Shown here one piece after another: positions 57,585-64,000 of a stretch of 64,000 nucleotides of DNA. This DNA is from an uncultured Candidatus Actinomarina sp. GTDB taxonomy: Bacteria > Actinomycetota > Acidimicrobiia > Actinomarinales > Actinomarinaceae. The first letter of the stretch is position 1. Each line of letters begins with the position of its first letter. A program made the translations under genes and the position numbers. The notes under the pieces are model-generated. The model was not told where the DNA came from. It ran no database searches and worked only from the letters and a program-made list of their open reading frames with translations. Location: the NCBI GenBank assembly GCA_902580215.1, contig CACHJT010000002.1:1789-65788 (forward strand), given 5' to 3'.

Positions 57585-58664
57585 TTGAATAAAAAAGCAA
57601 TTGTTTTTCTTTTAGTATTTGCAATGGTAATCGTCGCTTGTGGAGACACAACCGAAGAAGCTGCTGTTGAAGCTACTGAAGAAGAACATGACCACGAAGG
57701 GGAATCAACTCTTGAACAAGTTCAAGAAAGAGGATTCCTTAAGTGCGGTGTTAGCACTGGTGCAACTGGATTCACTGAAGTAGGGGACGACGGTTCTTAT
57801 TCAGGATTTGACGTTGACTACTGTTATGCAGTTGCTGCTGCTGTTTTCGGCGATTACAGTAAAGTTGAGTTTAAGCAACTTACTGCTGCTGAAAGATTCA
57901 CAGCACTTAGCGCTGGTGAAATCGACGTGTTAATAAGAAACACAACATGGACTCAAAGCCGAGACACTGAGCTTGGTAATGATTTTGGACCAACAACTTA
58001 CTTTGACGGTCAACAATTAATGGGTAGAGTTTCTGATGGACTTTCTTCATCTTCAACTCTTGCTGACATTGATGGTCTAAGAGTATGTACAAATGCTGGT
58101 ACAACCACTGAAAAGAATATTACAGAAGGTGCTGGACTTGTAGGAGCTACTATTGAGCTCGTTACAGTTGAAGCATTCTCAGAAGCAATTGACAAGTTCA
58201 TTGCAGGTGAGTGTGATATTGTAACAACAGACGGTTCAGGATTAGTTGGTAGAAGAGCAGTTAATGATGCTCTTAATGACTGGGCAATTTTCCCACAATC
58301 ACCAATTTCTAAAGAACCATTAGGTCCAACATACAGATCAAATGACAGCCAATGGGCTGACATCATTAACTGGGTTGTTTATGCAACAATCATTGCTGAT
58401 GAGTATGGAGTTACAAGAGCTAACATCGACTCATTTGACTATGATGCTGCACCAGAAATGGGTAGATTATTTGGTAAGAATGACGGAGAGCTTCAAACAA
58501 AGATGGGTCTTAGTGCTGATGCGTATTACAACGTTGTTAAGCAAATCGGTAACTACGACGAAATCTTCTCACGAAACCTAAATCCATTAGGTCTCTACAG
58601 AGAAGGTGGAGCTAACGCTCGCTGGACAGAAGGCGGATTAGTTTACGCACCACCAGCAAGGTAA
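57585..58664 (+). CDS. aapJ: General L-amino-acid ABC transporter substrate-binding lipoprotein (AapJ/BztA-like)
   Basis: Lipobox IVAC; RG.L.CGV, RNTTWT.SRD, SKEPLGP, GNY.EIF.RNL, GGL.YAPP. Confidence 0.9.
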   Translation: MNKKAIVFLLVFAMVIVACGDTTEEAAVEATEEEHDHEGESTLEQVQERGFLKCGVSTGATGFTEVGDDGSYSGFDVDYCYAVAAAVFGDYSKVEFKQLTAAERFTALSAGEIDVLIRNTTWTQSRDTELGNDFGPTTYFDGQQLMGRVSDGLSSSSTLADIDGLRVCTNAGTTTEKNITEGAGLVGATIELVTVEAFSEAIDKFIAGECDIVTTDGSGLVGRRAVNDALNDWAIFPQSPISKEPLGPTYRSNDSQWADIINWVVYATIIADEYGVTRANIDSFDYDAAPEMGRLFGKNDGELQTKMGLSADAYYNVVKQIGNYDEIFSRNLNPLGLYREGGANARWTEGGLVYAPPAR

Positions 58665-58683
58665 TTTTTACCTATTTATAATT

Positions 58684-58712
58684 AGTAAAAGGGGCTTTTA
58701 GCCCCTTTTACT
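58684..58712. terminator. Hairpin after aapJ (terminator or mRNA stabiliser)
   Basis: AGTAAAAGGGGCT-TTT-AGCCCCTTTTACT. Confidence 0.8.
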
Positions 58713-58747
58713 TTGAATAACAAAACTGAATCTGATAGGATTTATTT

Positions 58748-60547
58748 ATGAAAAATGTGCTTAAGACACTCTCGTTTTTTAGGAACGTAGTATTTCTTAA
58801 GTGGGCTTCACAAATAGTATTTTTAGTAGGTCTTCTTTATATCATCTGGAGCTATATCCAAAATGCAGTTGTTAATCTTGAACAAACTAATATTGCTTTT
58901 TCATGGGGATGGTTAGGAGAAACACCAGGGGTTTCGATTGCAGAAGGAATGTACACCCTTCCTAATTCAGGTCGACAGATGATCCAAGTCGGGATGCTAA
59001 ACATGTTAAGGGTCACAGTTACAGGTATATTTGCAGCAACATTTTTGGGTACATTTCTTGGTATTGCTCGTTTATCAAAAAACTATATAGTAGAAAAGAC
59101 TTCAACAGGTTTATTAGAAGTTGTTCGTAATGTTCCTCTGTTAGTACAAATTTTCTTTTTTCAAGCTTTTGTATTAACTTTTCCTAGATTAGAAGTTTTT
59201 GATGTAGGAACTTACAATCTACATGTAAGTGCAAAAGGTATCGCATTTCCTTGGTTAAACAGACAACCTACAGCATATTTATTCTGGGTTTATTTACTAG
59301 CTATTTTTATTTTGGCCAACAAAATTTATAAGTGGAGAGTACAAATCCTTGAAAGAGAAGGTAGAGAAACTAGGCCTTTTCTTTGGTCAGTTGGAATCTT
59401 TTTTGGATTACTGGTTGCTGGCTGGTATGGAGGATATCGAGTTATGGGCGTTATCGGATTCTTAGCTGGATATATTTCAACTGGCGTTGATCTTTTACCT
59501 GCTATTTTTTATCAGATACTTTTTTCTTCGGTTGCTGTATTCATTGGTTTTAGGACTACAAAGAAGTTTATTGATAGCAAAAAATCAGAAGAAGCACAGG
59601 GAATTTATAGCGATGACGATTACTTTAAAATTATATTAAATGTAGTAGTCGTATTGCTAGTCGTTGTCTTAATGTTTTCTTCTGTAGGGTTAGGACTTTC
59701 TAACTTCTTAGTTGGTGACGAAATTGTTTTCAAAGCAGATTGGGGGGTTCCTCAATTTTTTGAAGGAGTTAATAATAAACTATATTGGAACCCAGAGGCA
59801 AAAATTGTATTAGAACCTCAGTTGGATGGTATGAAGAGAGCTGAGATCATAGATTGGATTGCTGTTCCTGGTACAGAAGTTAGAAAAGGTGATGTTGTAG
59901 CAAGAGCTACTGCAAAAGACCTGAAAGGTGATTTAAATCAAGAGATTTCAATTTATGCAAAATATACAGGTGTCATCGAAGAGGTTTTTGTATCTAATGG
60001 AGATACTGTAAAAGTAGAAGAAAAAACTTATGATATTCGAGTAACAGATAGTAAACCATTAGAACTATCAAGACCAAAAGTCGAACAAATTGGAACTACT
60101 AAGTTTAAAAGATATGCTGAAGGATTCGGCAAGAGCCTGTCTGTGGGGTATTTTGCTATTTGGCTTGGCGTCGTTCTCTATACTGCGATATTTATTTCTG
60201 AAGTAGTAAGAGCTGGAATAATGGCAGTTTCAAAAGGACAATCTGAAGCAGGTCTATCTCTTGGACTTGGACGTGGTGCCTTATTGAGGCTAGTAGTTTT
60301 ACCACAGGCAATTAGAGTAATGCTTCCTCCAATGGGCAATCAGTATCTAAACCTTGCCAAGAACACGTCTTTAGGTATAGCAGTAGCATATCCAGAAATT
60401 GTTGCAGTAGGTCAAACTTTATATAACCAAGAGGGACAGACACTACCAGTATTTTTAATCTGGATGGCGTTTTACAGTACAGTAAGCTTGACTATTTCAA
60501 CAATAATAAATTATTACAATAGAAAAATGAAGATAGTGGAGAGGTAA
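58748..60547 (+). CDS. aapQ: Amino-acid ABC permease (AapQ-like) with inserted lipoyl/biotinyl-like domain
   Basis: G.ARLS.N, RNVPLLVQ, EVVRAGI.AVSKGQ.EA..SLG; insert at about 59801-60043. Confidence 0.85.
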   Translation: MKNVLKTLSFFRNVVFLKWASQIVFLVGLLYIIWSYIQNAVVNLEQTNIAFSWGWLGETPGVSIAEGMYTLPNSGRQMIQVGMLNMLRVTVTGIFAATFLGTFLGIARLSKNYIVEKTSTGLLEVVRNVPLLVQIFFFQAFVLTFPRLEVFDVGTYNLHVSAKGIAFPWLNRQPTAYLFWVYLLAIFILANKIYKWRVQILEREGRETRPFLWSVGIFFGLLVAGWYGGYRVMGVIGFLAGYISTGVDLLPAIFYQILFSSVAVFIGFRTTKKFIDSKKSEEAQGIYSDDDYFKIILNVVVVLLVVVLMFSSVGLGLSNFLVGDEIVFKADWGVPQFFEGVNNKLYWNPEAKIVLEPQLDGMKRAEIIDWIAVPGTEVRKGDVVARATAKDLKGDLNQEISIYAKYTGVIEEVFVSNGDTVKVEEKTYDIRVTDSKPLELSRPKVEQIGTTKFKRYAEGFGKSLSVGYFAIWLGVVLYTAIFISEVVRAGIMAVSKGQSEAGLSLGLGRGALLRLVVLPQAIRVMLPPMGNQYLNLAKNTSLGIAVAYPEIVAVGQTLYNQEGQTLPVFLIWMAFYSTVSLTISTIINYYNRKMKIVER

Positions 60548-62349
60548 TGGTTGATTTAATAAAAAAGAACGCAAAGTCATTACAAGAGAGCTTGTTCTCC
60601 TCAGTTGGATCTGCAGTTTTAACTGTTGCTACAACTTATCTTGTAATTAATTTTTTCAGAGGCATGCTTGGTTTTGCATTAACATCGGATAAAGATTGGC
60701 TTGCGGTTTTAAATAATATGCAGCTCTACATGGTTCAAGCATATCCAGAGGAAGATTTCATTAGAGTTTGGCTGTCAGTTGGACTTACTTTTGTTCTTGC
60801 AGGATTATCTATTGGTATTTGGAGAAGTGATGATAGGGTAAAAAGCTCACAAGTCTTCAATTCATTTTTTAAAGGGGGATTAGGTGTATTGTTCTTTACA
60901 ATTATTGCTCCAACAAATGCAAGCTTCATGGGAAATGACGGATCGGTCATAACAGAAGAAGTCTTTTCTATGGATACAAGGTTAGGAATCTTAATTCCGG
61001 TTGCTGTTTTCTGTGTAATATTTTTTAGTATTCGCTTTACAAATATTAAGTTTACTGTAAACAGCTCTGACATGGTTTTCTTTTATTTATTTATTCCAGT
61101 AGCACTTCTTTGGTTTGTAAAACTTCCTACTATTCAACTTGATCAAAATAATGAAAGAATTATTCCTGACCCTGTTATGCCTATAGCTGATACTACAAAA
61201 ATTCCTTGGACAGTTATTTTTGTATCATTTTTACTTAGTTATTTTATTGGGATGTATCTTAAAAATATAAAAAGTATTAAGTCAATCATGTCTTTGTCTT
61301 GGTTTCTATTACCTCTTTTAATTTTTTCTTGGATTTTTAAAAAACCACAAATTGATATGTCAGTTGTGCTTGGCAGTGACCTTCCTATTTTTGGCGTTTT
61401 CTTACTTTGGGGCTTTCTAGTGATTACTTTTGTAAACAACTCTATATTTAAAAAATATTACTCAACCTACTTAGGAGTAACTTTCCTTCTAACACTTGTT
61501 GGAGTGTTCTCTGGTTTACCAATGTTGGCTAAAACTTGCTTACTCTTGATTGCGTTATTCTCAGTTGTGGTTCCAGCTGTATCAACCTCGTCACAGGGTA
61601 AAAGAAGTCTTTTGATCGTGTGGGCGGTTGCATTGGTTACTCTTACCTTCTTACTTAGAGGAGGAGCATCAGATACTGGTATAGTTGTTCCCGGTTCAAG
61701 TATTTTCGGAGGCTTCTCATTAACATGGCTTCTTGCCATATTTGGAACATATGTCTCATTCCCGCTTGGAGTTTTATTGGCTCTGGGAAGAAACTCAAAA
61801 CTACCAATAATTAGAATTGTTTGTACTGGAATTATTGAATTAACTAGGTCTGTGCCTTACATCACCTGGTTATTTTTTGCAAGCGTTACGTTAGCAGTGT
61901 TTTTACCTGCAGGAGTTGAGTTCAACTTAATAGTTAGAGTCTTGATGGTGACAGCTTTTTTCAGTGGAGCATACTTTGCAGAAAATATTAGAGGAGGTTT
62001 GCAATCCATTCCTAAAGGACAATATGAAGCTGCTGATGCAATAGGAATGAGTCCATTTCAAAAGATTTCTTTAATTATTATGCCTCAGGCCCTAAGAGCA
62101 GTTATACCTACTCTTGTTAGTAGTGCTATAACAGCTTTTAAAGATTCAAGCCTTGTAACAATTATTGGATTATTTGACTTTCTTACTATAGGAAAAACTG
62201 TTATCGGAAATCAATCTATACCAGTAAACTTTGTTGGTCATGATAGAGAGAATTTAATATTTGTTGCAATTGTATATTGGATATTTACATTTACGCTTTC
62301 AAGAAGAAGCATGAAAGTTGAAAAGAAGTTAGGATTAGGAGAGAGGTAA
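60547..62349 (+). CDS. aapM: Amino-acid ABC permease (AapM-like), enlarged TM region
   Basis: LALGR.S.LP, AENIRGGLQSIPKGQYEAA, FKD.SL. Confidence 0.88.
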   Translation: MVDLIKKNAKSLQESLFSSVGSAVLTVATTYLVINFFRGMLGFALTSDKDWLAVLNNMQLYMVQAYPEEDFIRVWLSVGLTFVLAGLSIGIWRSDDRVKSSQVFNSFFKGGLGVLFFTIIAPTNASFMGNDGSVITEEVFSMDTRLGILIPVAVFCVIFFSIRFTNIKFTVNSSDMVFFYLFIPVALLWFVKLPTIQLDQNNERIIPDPVMPIADTTKIPWTVIFVSFLLSYFIGMYLKNIKSIKSIMSLSWFLLPLLIFSWIFKKPQIDMSVVLGSDLPIFGVFLLWGFLVITFVNNSIFKKYYSTYLGVTFLLTLVGVFSGLPMLAKTCLLLIALFSVVVPAVSTSSQGKRSLLIVWAVALVTLTFLLRGGASDTGIVVPGSSIFGGFSLTWLLAIFGTYVSFPLGVLLALGRNSKLPIIRIVCTGIIELTRSVPYITWLFFASVTLAVFLPAGVEFNLIVRVLMVTAFFSGAYFAENIRGGLQSIPKGQYEAADAIGMSPFQKISLIIMPQALRAVIPTLVSSAITAFKDSSLVTIIGLFDFLTIGKTVIGNQSIPVNFVGHDRENLIFVAIVYWIFTFTLSRRSMKVEKKLGLGER

Positions 62350-62355
62350 TCAGTT

Positions 62356-63084
62356 ATGAGCATAATTCAAACAAAAGATGTTAAAAAATGGTTTGGAGAT
62401 TTCCAAGCACTAAAAGGCATCAGTATGGATGTAGCAGAAGGAGAAGTTCTTGTTATTGCGGGACCTTCAGGTTCAGGTAAATCTACATTTATTCGATGCA
62501 TTAACAGACTTGAACAACATCAAGAAGGACAAATAATTGTTGATGGAATTGAGCTTACAAATGATTTAAAGAACATCGAAGCAATCAGGTCTGAAGTTGG
62601 AATGGTGTTTCAAAGCTTCAATCTTTTTCCACACTTGACTGTGATGCAGAATATTACACTTGCACAGATTTGGGTAAGAAAAAAGAATCGTGCCGAAGCA
62701 GAAGAGAAGGCAATGGAATTATTAGAGCGAGTTGGAATTCCTGAGCAAGCACAAAAATTTCCAGGACAATTATCTGGTGGTCAGCAACAAAGAGTTGCAA
62801 TTGCAAGAGCTCTTGCAATGGAACCAAAAATCATGCTTTTTGATGAGCCAACATCAGCGCTAGACCCTGAGATGATTAAAGAAGTGTTAGACGTTATGAA
62901 AGAGCTTGCTAAATCAGGCATGACTATGATTGTTGTTACTCATGAAATGGGATTTGCTAAAGAGGTAGCTGACAGAGTGATGTTATTTGATGATGGTATG
63001 CTCGTTGAAGAAAACACTCCAGAAGAATTCTTTAATAATCCAAAGAGTGATAGAACTAAACTATTCCTAAGCCAAATACTTTAA
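62356..63084 (+). CDS. aapP: Amino-acid ABC transporter ATP-binding protein (AapP/GlnQ-like)
   Basis: [35 protein letters not shown]. Confidence 0.95.
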   Translation: MSIIQTKDVKKWFGDFQALKGISMDVAEGEVLVIAGPSGSGKSTFIRCINRLEQHQEGQIIVDGIELTNDLKNIEAIRSEVGMVFQSFNLFPHLTVMQNITLAQIWVRKKNRAEAEEKAMELLERVGIPEQAQKFPGQLSGGQQQRVAIARALAMEPKIMLFDEPTSALDPEMIKEVLDVMKELAKSGMTMIVVTHEMGFAKEVADRVMLFDDGMLVEENTPEEFFNNPKSDRTKLFLSQIL

Positions 63085-64000
63085 AGCTGATCCCAAAGAT
63101 TTTTTTCAGCTAAATCAATGATGGAAGCACCCATTGCATATGCACCATCATATATGGCTTTATGACCACCTTCAGTTAATGTTGCTGCAGCATATTCAGG
63201 TTGGTGATTAACAGCTTCTATTTCTCCAATTCCAAGCATTGGGTGTATTGATGGAAAGATTTGGGATACATTTCCCATATCAGTAGAACCCAAACCTGGT
63301 CTAGTGGCATCTTTTTGCAATATCATTTCTCTACCTACTTCTTGTGCATTTTCCATGAAGAGCTTATACATTGTTTCATTGTTATTAATTTCTTCATATC
63401 TGTAATCAGGTGATGTAATTTTTACTTCACACTTTGTTGATAATGCAGCAGCATTAGCAAAATTATAAAAGTCTTGCTCCAACTGGTTTAACCCTTCTTC
63501 ATTTAGCGATCTTAAATACCATTCTGATTTTGTATATGATGGAATTATATTTGGTTTAAAACCCCCATCTCTTATTACACCGTGCATTCTGTTGCTTTGT
63601 ACCATTTGCTGTCGATAGGTTGATGTATTAACGAACAGTTGTATTTGTGCATCTAGGGCATTAATTCCTTGATCAGGGGCTCCAGCAGCATGTGCGTCTT
63701 TACCAAAATACTCGACTGTGTATTGTTGAATAGTCGTAAACGTAGGATTCACCACATCTTCATATCCAGGATGAATCATCATTGAGCATGAAGCGTCTTC
63801 AAACGCTCCTTCGTTAATAAGAATAATTTTTCCACCCCCACCTTCTTCAGCAGGAGTTCCTAGGAGCTTTACTCTAATCCCTAATTTTGAAGCTATGTCC
63901 TTTAAACCCAACCCAGCCCCTATAGAAGCTGTTGCAATAATGTTATGTCCACATGCATGGCCAATTTCAGGCAAGGCATCATATTCAACACATATAACTG
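63081..64000 (-). CDS. M20 amidohydrolase (ACY1L2/AbgB-like), 5'-truncated by window edge
   Basis: [35 protein letters not shown]; frame runs off the window end. Confidence 0.9.
   Translation of the reverse strand, partial: VICVEYDALPEIGHACGHNIIATASIGAGLGLKDIASKLGIRVKLLGTPAEEGGGGKIILINEGAFEDASCSMMIHPGYEDVVNPTFTTIQQYTVEYFGKDAHAAGAPDQGINALDAQIQLFVNTSTYRQQMVQSNRMHGVIRDGGFKPNIIPSYTKSEWYLRSLNEEGLNQLEQDFYNFANAAALSTKCEVKITSPDYRYEEINNNETMYKLFMENAQEVGREMILQKDATRPGLGSTDMGNVSQIFPSIHPMLGIGEIEAVNHQPEYAAATLTEGGHKAIYDGAYAMGASIIDLAEKNLWDQL

Noticed and set aside
2375-61739. Numerous 60-150 aa ORFs antisense to or nested in long genes (e.g. 2375-2644, 8647-9084, 35591-36004, 40837-41289, 47227-47628, 58010-58366)
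   Set aside because: Shadow frames of well-supported genes, with no recognisable motifs or initiation signals.
1-64000. CRISPR arrays, IS elements, integrases, prophage, rRNA, tmRNA, RNase P or SRP RNA
   Set aside because: No spaced repeats, transposase/integrase motifs, duplicated tRNA 3' ends or consensus motifs of these RNAs were seen by eye.

Overview
Gene-dense, AT-rich (roughly one-third GC by eye) chromosomal segment of a streamlined actinobacterium. CrgA, PASTA kinase PknB/PstP, bS22, PAC2 and F420-type PPOX genes combined with low GC suggest a marine Ca. Actinomarina-like lineage (inference). Most of it is housekeeping and transport: trpB2, serS, tadA, dnaX, murJ, ask-asd, dcd, purA/purB, copZA, lnt, an Aap-type amino-acid ABC importer and six tRNAs. 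No CRISPR array, prophage or transposase is evident. Features absent from the ORF track: a SelW/Rdx selenoprotein (CxxU) whose UGA sits at the tip of a perfect 9-bp hairpin and is followed by a SECIS-like stem-loop; a leaderless Trp attenuator peptide before trpB2; a TPP riboswitch; a Nur-type operator over the nikMN promoter; bS22; a 12-aa Cys micropeptide; and two candidate structured RNAs. The best candidates for undescribed systems are (i) an uncharacterised five-gene operon of paralogous membrane proteins and tandem ABM-like proteins (11167-14195), (ii) a lipoyl-like domain inserted in an ABC importer permease, (iii) an orphan Cj1418-like glutamine kinase downstream of a Trp attenuator and (iv) the selenoprotein-TauE pair. 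All calls come from motif recognition by eye; no database search was run.
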